DNA of 64,000 nucleotides from Sneathiellales bacterium (GTDB lineage: Bacteria > Pseudomonadota > Alphaproteobacteria > JANQFL01): the NCBI GenBank assembly GCA_028277845.1, contig JANQFL010000075.1, forward strand, positions 5,553-69,552, given 5' to 3'. The notes under the pieces are model-generated. The model saw only the letters and a program-made list of their open reading frames with translations. It ran no database searches and was not told where the DNA came from. The position numbers and the translations under genes are program-made. Below are positions 44,970 to 54,104 of this stretch, piece by piece (position 1 is the stretch's first letter; each line of letters starts with the position of its first letter).

Positions 44970-45663
44970 CGTCGCCGACCTGCACAGCCACTACGGCCGC
45001 GCCCATATCCTGGCCGACGTCACCCTGCATGTGGGCCGGGGTGAGGTTGTCGCCCTGCTGGGCCGCAACGGCGCCGGCAAGTCGACCACATTCAAGACCA
45101 TCATGGGCCTGGTCAAACCGACCTCGGGCAGCGTCATGTTCAACGGCGAGACCATCTCAGGCGCCGGGTCCCATACCATCTGCCAGAAGGGCTTGGGCTA
45201 CGTGCCGGAGGACCGGCGCATCTTCACCGACCTCACGGTGATGGAGAACCTGGAGGTGGGCCGCCAGCCGGAGCGTGAGGGCGCGCCGGCCTGGACCGTC
45301 GAGAAGCTGTTCTCCGTCTTCCCCAATCTGGCGGAAATGCGCAACCGGCCGGGCGGACGCATGAGCGGCGGCGAACAGCAAATGCTGACCATTGCCCGCA
45401 CGCTGATGGGCCACCCCTCGGCCATCCTGCTGGACGAGCCCTCGGAAGGCCTGGCGCCGGTCATCGTCGAACAGATGGCGCAGACCATCGGCGCGTTGAA
45501 ATCGGAGGGCCTGACGGTGCTGCTGTCGGAACAGAACCTGCACTTCGCCACTTTGCTGGCCGACCGCGCCTACATCATCGAAAAGGGCCGCATCCGCTAC
45601 GAAGGCACCATGGCCGACCTGGCCGCCGACGAGGAGGTGCGGGCCGCCTACTTGACGGTCTGA
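44962..45663 (+). CDS. HAAT ABC ATP-binding protein (LivF-like)
   Basis: Overlaps the upstream end. GRNGAGKSTT, MSGGEQQML, ILLDEPSEGLAP. Confidence 0.85.
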   Translation: MLDVADLHSHYGRAHILADVTLHVGRGEVVALLGRNGAGKSTTFKTIMGLVKPTSGSVMFNGETISGAGSHTICQKGLGYVPEDRRIFTDLTVMENLEVGRQPEREGAPAWTVEKLFSVFPNLAEMRNRPGGRMSGGEQQMLTIARTLMGHPSAILLDEPSEGLAPVIVEQMAQTIGALKSEGLTVLLSEQNLHFATLLADRAYIIEKGRIRYEGTMADLAADEEVRAAYLTV

Positions 45664-45680
45664 CGATCCGACCACCGAAT

Positions 45681-45703
45681 CGCCGGTGTCACGGCCACCG
45701 GCG
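45681..45703 (+). terminator. Candidate terminator hairpin after the LivF-like gene
   Basis: Perfect 8-bp GC-rich stem cgccggtg / caccggcg with a 7-nt loop, 18 nt after the stop. No U-tract. Confidence 0.35.
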
Positions 45704-45862
45704 GTACCCGGGGAAGCAGCGGACGGCCGGTGCATCACACACGGACCGGCAGCTGCCACTTTTTCGCGCATGCCGGTTGCCGTCCGGCGTGAAAATGTTA
45801 TCTCTTCCTGCGGGACGAAGGGTCTTTCGTTCCCTCAGTCCGAACAGTCATGGGAACAGAGC

Positions 45863-46003
45863 ATGCGTCGCCTTCCGGCCAATGCGATAGGCGTCTTGTG
45901 GGTTGCGTTGGGCACGGCTCTATTTTCCGTGCTGTTTGCATCGGGCAAATTGTCGGGCGGCGCGGCGGCGGAAGAAGCGAGTGACGACCCGAGTGGAGGA
46001 TGA
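45863..46003 (+). pseudogene. Possible truncated N-terminus of a DMT/EamA-type transporter
   Basis: MRRLPANAIGVLWVALGTALFSVLFASGKLSGG looks like EamA TM1. It then runs into unrelated acidic residues and a stop exactly where composition turns AT-rich. Confidence 0.3.
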
Positions 46004-46085
46004 AAATCTATAACCTTAAATACAGGGGGCGAAACAAACATTTTTCTAATCTAGAGAGCCTCAATAAACGTACAGGGAATTGTAT

Positions 46086-46583
46086 CTAACTTAAAACTAT
46101 GAACTGAAATAAGACGATATAGACAACAGAACCTGAAGCCACCAGTGCAGAAATTTGCTTAGTCCAATAAAAGATCCGTCTTAGTTTGTAGCTAAACCAG
46201 CTTTTTTTATAATGCAGTTTTCCGTCTTCCCGGCTCAGCGCTTTTTCAACTGCAAAAGCGCCACATAGATACTGCAAATAATCTGAGAATATTGCTGTTG
46301 CCCCAGTTAGCCCTGTCAAATAGAGGGCAATACCATGATTAGTTACAATATCTTGAGCGAAAGGTTTGTCAGAAGTTAGTACTGTGTAAAAGATTGCCAA
46401 TACACCGAAGCCTATAAATCTACAGGTTTCCCCAATGCGGCCAGTTACATAGTTTTTCTCTCCGAGACGTATTTGTCTCAGAGCTTCTAGCTTGGCTGAT
46501 TCGTCTCTGGACTCGTCAACTTCCATGCTATCAACGTTGTCCTTTAGCTCGCCCGGCGTCGGGTGCTCTACGTCGTCCGACAA
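46086..46583 (-). CDS. Hypothetical 3-TM membrane protein with acidic N-terminus
   Basis: TTG start preceded by GGAGG at good spacing. 18 nt downstream of the HU-like gene. Helices FIGFGVLAIFYTVL, GIALYLTGLTGATAIF, ISALVASGSVVYIVLFQFIVL. Confidence 0.6.
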   Translation of the reverse strand: MSDDVEHPTPGELKDNVDSMEVDESRDESAKLEALRQIRLGEKNYVTGRIGETCRFIGFGVLAIFYTVLTSDKPFAQDIVTNHGIALYLTGLTGATAIFSDYLQYLCGAFAVEKALSREDGKLHYKKSWFSYKLRRIFYWTKQISALVASGSVVYIVLFQFIVLS

Positions 46584-46601
46584 TTATATACCTCCAAATG
46601 G

Positions 46602-46928
46602 TTAACGTCTTATCCCTGGTCCAGGATCGTCTGTATCATCATCGTCGCCATTTCCACCCTGAACGGCATATTTTAGTACTTTTCCAGCCTTGAATTTTGG
46701 TTGTTTTCCGCCCGGTATGTGGACTATTTGGCCAGTCCGAGGATTTCGACCTTCTTTCGCTACTCTCTGTGTGACAGAAAATGTGCCAAAACCAACCAAC
46801 CGAACTTCTAATCCTTCGCTAAGGGAGTTTCCAATCGTATTGAATATTGTATCGACAGCGGTACGTGCATCGTTCAAAGATAATCCAGCTGTAACTGCCA
46901 CTAATTTGATTAGCTCATTTTTATTCAT
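46602..46928 (-). CDS. HU/IHF-family DNA-binding protein with Asp-rich C-terminal extension
   Basis: MNKNELIKLVA..RLVGFGTFSVTQRVAKEGRNPRTGQIVHIPGGKQPKFKAGKVLK is a canonical HU core, followed by GGNGDDDDTDDPGPGIRR. ATG 46928 has AAGG upstream; an in-frame GTG at 46946 is possible. Confidence 0.8.
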   Translation of the reverse strand: MNKNELIKLVAVTAGLSLNDARTAVDTIFNTIGNSLSEGLEVRLVGFGTFSVTQRVAKEGRNPRTGQIVHIPGGKQPKFKAGKVLKYAVQGGNGDDDDTDDPGPGIRR

Positions 46929-47263
46929 TTGTTGCGCCTTATTCACGTAAAAGTAATCTACGGCTGCCAGAAAATGTACTAATAGTATTATATATGAACC
47001 TGCCGATTGCTACCAATAGCGTTCCTATTTATAAAATTTTGACGTTAGTCGGTGTGATATTGCCAACAAATATAACCTGCTGGCCCCAAATGGCGGTCGA
47101 AGCGGTTGGTAGCGTATTAACAGGAATACCTGAATTCCACTCAGTCCTACCCGAACTTGATCCGTTTATCCACGTTGTCGATGGCAGAGATGACCGTGAT
47201 CGGTCGGAAGTGCAGTACCTCGTGGATCACCGCATCAAGTCCGGTGATGATGAGTTTGGAAAA

Positions 47264-48256
47264 CTAGCGGGAGAGCCGGCTCCCCAGCCAATTCAGCGGC
47301 GTCGCCAGCAGGCCTTGCGGTAGCAGAACCACAGACACCATGAACACGAGGGCGAGGGCGAAGATCCAGTAGTCGCCGAGGAGTTGGCCGAACAGGCTTT
47401 CGATCAGTCGGACGCCGATCGCCGCGAGGAAGGCGGCGAGGACCATTTCCTTGCCGCCCAGCGCCACCCAGATCAGCACTTCGGCCGACAATGCGAAGCC
47501 GATCAGGGTGGGGGAGGCGAATTCGTCGGTGGCGACGAACAGCGCGCCGGAGAGGCCGGCGACGGCGGCGCCGATGGTGAAGGCGCCGAGCCGCACCCAC
47601 AGCACCCGGTAGCCGAAGAAAGCGGCCCGTTCCGGGTTGGTCTTGACCGCCGTCAGCACCACGCCGAAGGGCGAGGCGACGAGGCGTTCGAGGAAGATGT
47701 AGACCAGGAGGCCGACGACGAGCAGCGTGTAGAAGCGCGGAACCGGTTCCCACAACTCGACGCCGCCGAACACGCCTGTGTTGAGGGGCGGCACGCCGGA
47801 CAGGCCGTTGGCGCCGCCGAGACCGTACCAGCTGTTGATGAGCTGTTCGAGGATGTAGGCGATGGCGATCGTGACGATAGCCAAGTACGGCCCGGACAGG
47901 CCCTTGCCCCAAAAGAGGAAGTAGCCGAGAAAGGCGGCGAACAGACCGGCGCCGATGACGGCGATGAGCAGGCCGAGATAGCTCGACATCAGCCAGTCGC
48001 CCAGCATGCCCATGGTGACGGCGGACATGAGGTAACCGCCGAGGCCGAAGAACATGGCCTGGCCCAGACACAGAATGCCGCCGCGGCCCCACACCAGGCT
48101 GAGCGACATAGCGAACACGCCGTAGAGGATGTAGCGGGCGAACTGGTCGGTCCAGTAGTCGCCGGCCAGGGGCACCAGGGCGAGGGCGGCGAACACGGCG
48201 GCGCCGAGCCACACCGGCAGGCGGCCGCTTCTGGCCGTCGTGCTTGATGCGCTCAC
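47264..48256 (-). CDS. HAAT ABC permease (LivM/UrtC-like)
   Basis: GTG 48256 overlaps the upstream stop (GTGA). GGILCLGQAMFFGLGGY motif, hydrophobic. The longer ORF-track N-terminus is in a different gene's territory. Confidence 0.85.
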   Translation of the reverse strand: MSASSTTARSGRLPVWLGAAVFAALALVPLAGDYWTDQFARYILYGVFAMSLSLVWGRGGILCLGQAMFFGLGGYLMSAVTMGMLGDWLMSSYLGLLIAVIGAGLFAAFLGYFLFWGKGLSGPYLAIVTIAIAYILEQLINSWYGLGGANGLSGVPPLNTGVFGGVELWEPVPRFYTLLVVGLLVYIFLERLVASPFGVVLTAVKTNPERAAFFGYRVLWVRLGAFTIGAAVAGLSGALFVATDEFASPTLIGFALSAEVLIWVALGGKEMVLAAFLAAIGVRLIESLFGQLLGDYWIFALALVFMVSVVLLPQGLLATPLNWLGSRLSR

Positions 48257-49107
48257 GACTTGTCCCCCAGGATGCCTTGCGGGCGCAGGCGGATGACCAG
48301 GATGGCCAGGGTGAAGACGGCGATCTGCGCCACCACCGGCGACAGCCAGATGGTGAGGATGCTGTCGGTGCCGCCGACCACGCCGCCGCCGGCCAGCACG
48401 CCGGCCAGCGGACCCGCGCCGCCGACCAGGATGGAGAGGAAGGCGGGGATCAGGTAGCCGAGCCCCATCTGCGGGTCGACACTGATCAGCGGCGCCACTA
48501 GCGCCCCGGCCAGCCCGGCGATGGCGGTGCCGATGACAAAGGTGACCCGGTACATGCGCCGGGTGTCGATACCCAGGCTGGCCGCCGTGTGGGGCCGGGC
48601 GATGACGGCGCGGGCCTGCAGGCCGAAGTCGGAGCGCAGGAAAATGACGAACACCGCGGCGATCACGGCCACCGCGATACCCATCAGCAGCAGCCGGTAG
48701 GCCGGGTAGGCGAAGGCGCCGAAGCTGACCTCCGCCTGGATCGGCGCGATGACGCTGTGGCTGGCCGGGCCGAAGACCAGGATCGCCGCCTGCTTCAGCG
48801 CGATGGAGAGGCCCCAGGTGGCGAGGATGGTGTCCAACGGCCGGTGGTAGATGTGGCGTATCAACGACCATTCAATGACCAGCCCGGCGGCGCCGACCAC
48901 CAGCGGCGCGGCCAGCACGGCGACCCAGAACGGCGCCCCGGCGCCCTCGACGGCGACCACGGTGTAGGCGCCCAGCATGAACAGCTCGCCGTGGGCCATG
49001 TTGATCACGCCCATCATGCCGAACACCACCACCAGCCCCAGCGCCACCAGGATGAGGATCAGGATGTAGGAGAGGCTGTTGAGGCCGATGGCGAAAACTT
49101 CGGTCAC
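48253..49107 (-). CDS. HAAT ABC permease (LivH/UrtB-like)
   Basis: GTG 49107 is preceded by GGGAGA. VVFGMMGVINMAHGELFMLGAY motif. Confidence 0.85.
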   Translation of the reverse strand: MTEVFAIGLNSLSYILILILVALGLVVVFGMMGVINMAHGELFMLGAYTVVAVEGAGAPFWVAVLAAPLVVGAAGLVIEWSLIRHIYHRPLDTILATWGLSIALKQAAILVFGPASHSVIAPIQAEVSFGAFAYPAYRLLLMGIAVAVIAAVFVIFLRSDFGLQARAVIARPHTAASLGIDTRRMYRVTFVIGTAIAGLAGALVAPLISVDPQMGLGYLIPAFLSILVGGAGPLAGVLAGGGVVGGTDSILTIWLSPVVAQIAVFTLAILVIRLRPQGILGDKS

Positions 49108-49117
49108 GGGGTCTCCC

Positions 49118-49819
49118 TCAAATCGACAGATGCCGGTGCAGGATGGTTTCGTCGGCCTCCAGCGCGTCGCGGCCGCATTGCTCGACGATGACGCCGTTGT
49201 CCATGAAGGCAACGGTGTCGGCCACGGTCAGCACCATGTCGACGTTCTGCTCGACGACCAAGACCGTCAGCCCGGTCTCCTTGGCGATGCGGGCGATCGT
49301 TTCGCCGACCTCGTGCACGATGCTCGGCTGGATGCCTTCGGTCGGTTCGTCGAGCAGCAGCATGTCCGGGTCGGCGGCGAGCGCCCGGGCGATGGCCAGC
49401 ATTTGCTGCTGCCCGCCGGAAAACGTGCCGGCCTTCTGGCTCTTGCGTTCGGCCAGGATGGGGAACCACTCGTACAGGCGCTGCGGCACCGGGTCCTTGC
49501 CACGGCCGTGGCCGAGCATGCCGAGGCGCAGGTTTTCCTCGACGGTGAAGGCGTCGAACACCTCGCGGCCCTGGGGCACGTATCCCAATCCGGCGCGGGC
49601 GATCTTGTGGCTCGACTGCCGGGTGATGTCGCTGTCCTTGAACGTCACCGTGCCCCGGCGTGCCGGCACCTGGTTGACGACGGTGCGCAGGAACGTGGTC
49701 TTGCCCATGCCGTTGCGGCCCATCAGGGCGGTGACGGTGCCGGCGGCGACGCTCAGGTCGACGCCGTGCAGCACCGTGCTGGCGCCGTAGCCGGATTCCA
49801 GGCCCGCGACCGTCAGCAT
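49118..49819 (-). CDS. HAAT ABC ATP-binding protein (LivF/UrtE-like)
   Basis: GRNGMGKTT, FSGGQQQML, LLLDEPTEGIQP. Confidence 0.85.
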   Translation of the reverse strand: MLTVAGLESGYGASTVLHGVDLSVAAGTVTALMGRNGMGKTTFLRTVVNQVPARRGTVTFKDSDITRQSSHKIARAGLGYVPQGREVFDAFTVEENLRLGMLGHGRGKDPVPQRLYEWFPILAERKSQKAGTFSGGQQQMLAIARALAADPDMLLLDEPTEGIQPSIVHEVGETIARIAKETGLTVLVVEQNVDMVLTVADTVAFMDNGVIVEQCGRDALEADETILHRHLSI

Positions 49820-49820
49820 C

Positions 49821-50549
49821 TCAGTGCTTCCGGCCGAAGTAGAGTTCGCGCACCTCGTCGTCGGCGCGGATGTCGTCGTAGCTGCCCGAGCGCAGCACCC
49901 GGCCCTTGCTCATCACCGTCACCGGGCAGCCGAGATCGCGGATGAAGCCGATGTCGTGCTCAATCACGAGAATTGTGGCCTCGCCCCGGGACGCGATGTC
50001 TTTAATCAGATCTGCGGTGGCGCGTGTTTCCGTCACGGTCATGCCGGCGGTCGGTTCGTCGAGCAGCAACAGGCGCGCGCCGCTGGCCAGCAGCATGCCG
50101 ATCTCCAGCCACTGACGCTCGCCGTGGGAGAGGTCGGCGGCGGGCTGGTCGCGCTTGTCGGCGAGTTTGATCAGGTCGAGCAGGTCGGCCACGTCCTCCG
50201 CCGCCGCCTGGCGCCACAAGCCGAGGCGCTTTTCGGGCCAGCGCGGCACCGAGAGGTTCTCGGCGACCGTCAGTTCGTCGAACACGGCGGGCACCTGGAA
50301 TTTGCGGCCGACGCCGAGGCGGGCGATCTCGTAGCTGGCCAGGCCGGTGATCTCGCGGCCGTCGAAGCGTACCGTGCCGCCGCTTGCGGGAAACGCGCCG
50401 GTGATCAGGTTGAACAACGTCGACTTGCCGCAGCCGTTCGGGCCGACCAGGGCGTGCAACTGGCCGGCCTCGAGGGCGAAGGAAAAGCCGTCGACCGCGG
50501 CCAGGCCGCCGAAGTCCTTGCGCAATCCGTCGATTTCGAGAACCGCCAT
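49821..50549 (-). CDS. HAAT ABC ATP-binding protein (LivG/UrtD-like)
   Basis: GPNGCGKST, LSHGERQWLE, LLLLDEPTAGM. Confidence 0.85.
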   Translation of the reverse strand: MAVLEIDGLRKDFGGLAAVDGFSFALEAGQLHALVGPNGCGKSTLFNLITGAFPASGGTVRFDGREITGLASYEIARLGVGRKFQVPAVFDELTVAENLSVPRWPEKRLGLWRQAAAEDVADLLDLIKLADKRDQPAADLSHGERQWLEIGMLLASGARLLLLDEPTAGMTVTETRATADLIKDIASRGEATILVIEHDIGFIRDLGCPVTVMSKGRVLRSGSYDDIRADDEVRELYFGRKH

Positions 50550-50747
50550 CCCCTCACACGCCGCGCCGCGTTTTTGTAGCGCGGTCCGCTACTCCCTGTT
50601 GTTTCGGCCCCGGTTAAGCCGTATTCATTGGTCTCGTCGCGCCGATTGTGCGGACAAGAAATTCCTTTGTCATCCCCCGGTGCGCGCGTATCATTGTTTG
50701 TATACTAATAAACAGGTTCATAGCGAGAGACAAGACGGGGAGAGACC

Positions 50748-51941
50748 ATGTCACACTTCACGAGACGCACGTTCCTGAAATCCACCGCCGCGGCGGGTGC
50801 GCTGGCCGGCGCATCGTCGTTCGGTTTTCCCGCCATCGCTGCCGGTTCGGTCAAGGTCGGCGCGGCGCTGCCGTTCTCGGGCGGGCTGGAACTGTTCGGC
50901 GCCCAGGCGCGCATCGGCCTGGACCTGGCGGCGGCCGAGATCAACGCCGCCGGCGGCATCGCCGGTTCCAAGGTCGAGATGATCTACGAGGACATGAAGA
51001 CCGACCCAAAGACGGCGGCCGAGAAGGCGCGCAAGCTGATCCAGCGCGACGAGGTTACAGCCGTGGTCGGGCCGATCACCTCGTCGGGCCGCAACGCCAT
51101 GATCCCGTTCCAGGAACGGCTCAAGACGCCGCTTCTCTACGCCACCAACTATGAGGGCGCCGACGACCAGGGCGGCGGCTGCGGCCGTTACACATTCTTC
51201 TTCAACACCGTGCCGAACCAGGACACGGCGCCGCTGATCCCGTACCTGAAAGACCAGGGCATCGGCACCAGCTACTACATGTTCGGCGCCAACTATGTCT
51301 GGCCGCGCAACATGTTCAAGGCGGCCAAGGCGATGATCGGCCAGACCGGTGGTAAGGACCTGGGCGAGGAATACACGCCGTGGGGCGTCAAGGATTTCTC
51401 GTCGGTGATCCGCAAGGTGGCCGACTCGGGCGCCGAAATCCTGCTGTTCGCCCTGCCGGGTGCCGACGGCATCACCTTCATCAAGCAGGCCGAGGAATTC
51501 GGCCTGATGAAGAAGACCACGGTGGCGTTCCTCGGCTTCTCCGAGACCTATCTCGGTGCCTTCGGCGAAGGCAAGGGCGAGAACATGTACTGCGGCGTAC
51601 CGTTCGTGGCATCCGACAGCTCGCCGGGCGTGGCCGATTTCGTCGGCCGGGTGCGCAAGATGCACGGCGCCGACACCGGCGTCTCGCACTACGTCATGAC
51701 CCACTACAACGCCCTGATGGCGCTGAAGGCGGGGCTCGAGAAACAGGGCACCATCAGCCGCGAGGCGGCGGTCGACGGCATGGCCGGGCTCAACTTCAAG
51801 ATCCCGACCGGCGACGCCTCGATCACGTCGGGCGACCACCACATCACCATGAACATGTACATCGCCCGCACCGAGGGCGGTTCGTTGAAGGTGATCAAGC
51901 CGCTGGGCGCCATCGCGCCGGCGTCGGGCTGCAAGGTGTAA
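50748..51941 (+). CDS. Type I periplasmic binding protein, amide/urea (AmiC/FmdD)-like, Tat-type signal
   Basis: MSHFTRRTFLKSTAAAGALAGA.. twin-Arg leader, then VKVGAALPFSGGLELFG..INAAGGIAG. Divergent from the ABC operon. Confidence 0.8.
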   Translation: MSHFTRRTFLKSTAAAGALAGASSFGFPAIAAGSVKVGAALPFSGGLELFGAQARIGLDLAAAEINAAGGIAGSKVEMIYEDMKTDPKTAAEKARKLIQRDEVTAVVGPITSSGRNAMIPFQERLKTPLLYATNYEGADDQGGGCGRYTFFFNTVPNQDTAPLIPYLKDQGIGTSYYMFGANYVWPRNMFKAAKAMIGQTGGKDLGEEYTPWGVKDFSSVIRKVADSGAEILLFALPGADGITFIKQAEEFGLMKKTTVAFLGFSETYLGAFGEGKGENMYCGVPFVASDSSPGVADFVGRVRKMHGADTGVSHYVMTHYNALMALKAGLEKQGTISREAAVDGMAGLNFKIPTGDASITSGDHHITMNMYIARTEGGSLKVIKPLGAIAPASGCKV

Positions 51942-51984
51942 GAGGAGGGTTATGTGGGGCCGCGCCATCAGCGTCCCCGCTCGC

Positions 51985-52122
51985 CTCACACTCCGTCGTC
52001 GTGCCCGGGCCTGTCCCGGGTACCCACGTCCCTCCGTGTCAATGGTTTGGCGGACTGCCCGAGGATTGAGTCGCAGCACGACGTGGATACCCGCGTCAAG
52101 CGCGGGCATGACGGGTGAGGGG
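51985..52122. repeat. REP/MITE-like inverted-repeat element, copy 2
   Basis: Arms ctcacactccgtcgtcgtgcccgggcctgtcccgggtacccacg and cgacgtggatacccgcgtcaagcgcgggcatgacgggtgagggg are imperfect reverse complements. Same family as 29031-29165. Confidence 0.6.
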
Positions 52123-52214
52123 CGGTGCTGTCGTCTTCATTTCTCCGTGCATGACAGGAGTAGGCGGCGAAGATAGAGTTTGCGCGAACATTCCCCGCAG
52201 GAGACGTCCGCATC

Positions 52215-52850
52215 ATGAGCATCAGCATCAATCCCGAGACAGACGCCCTGGTGGCGGTCGACGTGCAGTACGATTTCTGTCCCGGCGGCAACCTGGCCGT
52301 GCCCGACGGCCACCAGGTAGTGCCGGTCATCAATGCGCTGGCGAAAAAGATCCCCCACGTAGTGATGACCCAGGACTGGCACCCGGCGGGGCACGCTTCC
52401 TTTGCGTCCTCTTATGACGGCAAGGCCCCGTTCGAGACGGTGGACCTGGACTACGGCGTGCAGGTGCTGTGGCCAGACCACTGCGTGCAGGGCACCAACG
52501 GCGCGGCGTTTCACGCCGACCTCGACCTGCCCAACGCCGAGATGATCGTCCGCAAGGGCTTCCGCCCGGGTATCGACAGCTATTCGGCGTTCTACGAAAA
52601 CGACAAGACCACCCACACCGGCCTCGCCGGCTATTTGCGCGAGCGCGGCATCACGCGATTGTTCATGACCGGCCTGGCCACCGACTTCTGCGTCTACTAC
52701 TCGGCCGAGGACGGCCGTAAGGAAGGCTTCGACGTGATCCTGGTCGAGGACGCCTGCCGCGCCATCGATCTCGACGGCTCACTCGAAGCCGCAATGTCGG
52801 CGATGCAAGCCGCGGGCGTTAAGATCTGCCATTGGGACGATGTGGGGTGA
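52215..52850 (+). CDS. pncA: Nicotinamidase / pyrazinamidase (isochorismatase superfamily)
   Basis: LVAVDVQYDFCPGGNLAV, metal site QDWHPAGHASF, catalytic Cys in LATDFCV. Confidence 0.85.
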   Translation: MSISINPETDALVAVDVQYDFCPGGNLAVPDGHQVVPVINALAKKIPHVVMTQDWHPAGHASFASSYDGKAPFETVDLDYGVQVLWPDHCVQGTNGAAFHADLDLPNAEMIVRKGFRPGIDSYSAFYENDKTTHTGLAGYLRERGITRLFMTGLATDFCVYYSAEDGRKEGFDVILVEDACRAIDLDGSLEAAMSAMQAAGVKICHWDDVG

Positions 52851-52929
52851 CGCCGTTCCGTCCGCGCATGACATGACACGAGGGTCGTGGTCTAAATCCA
52901 ACACAATCTACTGACGGGAACGCACGCCG

Positions 52930-53556
52930 ATGATCGACCAAGCCACACTGATCACCTATCTCGTCATCCTACTCGGCTTCGTGTTCATTCCTGGGCCGGC
53001 GACGTTGCTGACGCTGGCGCGGGCGAGCACGTCGGGCACGCGGGTCGGCATGGCGACTGGGCTCGGTATTGCCGTCGGCGACGTCATTCACACCATGATG
53101 GCCGTGTTCGGGCTGTCGGCGATCATTCTGACGTCGGCCCTGCTGTTCAATTTAGTGAAATATGCCGGCGCCGCCTACCTGGTCTATCTCGGCATCCGGG
53201 CGATCCTGGAAAAACCGCAGACCGACGTCACCACGGGCAATGCGGGCATCAGTGCCCCGCAGGCTTTGCGCCAGGCCATTCTGGCCGAAGTGCTGAACCC
53301 GAAATCCGCGCTGTTTTTCCTCGCCTTCCTGCCCCAGTTCGTCAAACCGGAAAACGGCGCCGTGGCCCTGCAACTGACCGTGCTGGGGCTGCTGTTCGTC
53401 GCCATGGGCTTGCTCAGCACCATGGTGGTCTCCGTGTTTGCCGGCGGCGTCGGCCGCTGGCTGCGCCGCCACCCCGGTTTCCTGCGCTGGCAGGGCAGGG
53501 TGGTGGGCACCATCTACTGCGGCCTCGGTGTGCGCCTGGCCTTGCAGGAGAGGTGA
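52930..53556 (+). CDS. LysE/RhtB family amino-acid efflux translocator
   Basis: 208 aa, ~6 TM, with N-terminal FIPGPATLLTLARA typical of the LysE family. Confidence 0.85.
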   Translation: MIDQATLITYLVILLGFVFIPGPATLLTLARASTSGTRVGMATGLGIAVGDVIHTMMAVFGLSAIILTSALLFNLVKYAGAAYLVYLGIRAILEKPQTDVTTGNAGISAPQALRQAILAEVLNPKSALFFLAFLPQFVKPENGAVALQLTVLGLLFVAMGLLSTMVVSVFAGGVGRWLRRHPGFLRWQGRVVGTIYCGLGVRLALQER

Positions 53557-53666
53557 CGCGTTTCCGTGCCCTACACGCCCGCCGCCACTAGCCGGGCACG
53601 CGCAGGTGCCGGAGCGGGACCAGGCTCACCACGCAAACGATCAGGACCAACTGTTTTCGAACGGTC

Positions 53667-54053
53667 CTAGCTGCAATCGCCGTAGGCGACGTGATCGCCG
53701 TCGTTCTTGTTGCCGTGGTCCCAGTCGGCCTCGTTTTCCTCGCCGAGTTTGTAGGTGAACGTCACCGGCGTGCCTTCCTGGTCGTAGGTCTGAAGGCCGG
53801 CTTGGGCACTGCCCTGGGCACTGTTGTGCGAACTCTTGGGGCAGGTCATGCCCATCTCCCATACGCCGTTGCCGTCTTCCTGTTCGAACGTGCAGAAAAG
53901 GCGATCGGAGGACTCTGACGTATAAGTGCCTTTCTCGCCATCCGGAATGGTCGTCGTGCTGTTCAAGTTATCGAACGAGGCGCAGCGCGTGTCCGTGCAC
54001 TTCACCGTTTGCCCGGTTGAATTCTCGACAATGAGTGTGACTCTCGTGGACAT
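53667..54053 (-). CDS. Aegerolysin-like small beta-sandwich protein (paralog 1, 128 aa)
   Basis: ATG 54053 is preceded by GGAGAGGGAG. VTLIVENSTGQTVKC.. and ..GMTCPKSSHNS resemble the aegerolysin/Cry34/RahU patterns (xIxNxTGxxI; DCPWGSxxN). Paralogous to the adjacent gene. Confidence 0.6.
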   Translation of the reverse strand: MSTRVTLIVENSTGQTVKCTDTRCASFDNLNSTTTIPDGEKGTYTSESSDRLFCTFEQEDGNGVWEMGMTCPKSSHNSAQGSAQAGLQTYDQEGTPVTFTYKLGEENEADWDHGNKNDGDHVAYGDCS

Positions 54054-54104
54054 GGAACGCTCCCTCTCCGCAATTGCGTGTGCTGAAATTCGGCTGGTCA
54101 AACC

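Noticed and set aside
46994-47323. 109-aa plus-strand ORF at the right edge of the HU islet, and a minus-strand open stretch 47095-47263 (..LIITGLDAVIHEVLHFRPITVISAIDNVDKRIKFG)
   Set aside because: No start/RBS and no recognisable family, and it crosses a composition boundary. It may be a gene remnant, but I cannot support a call.
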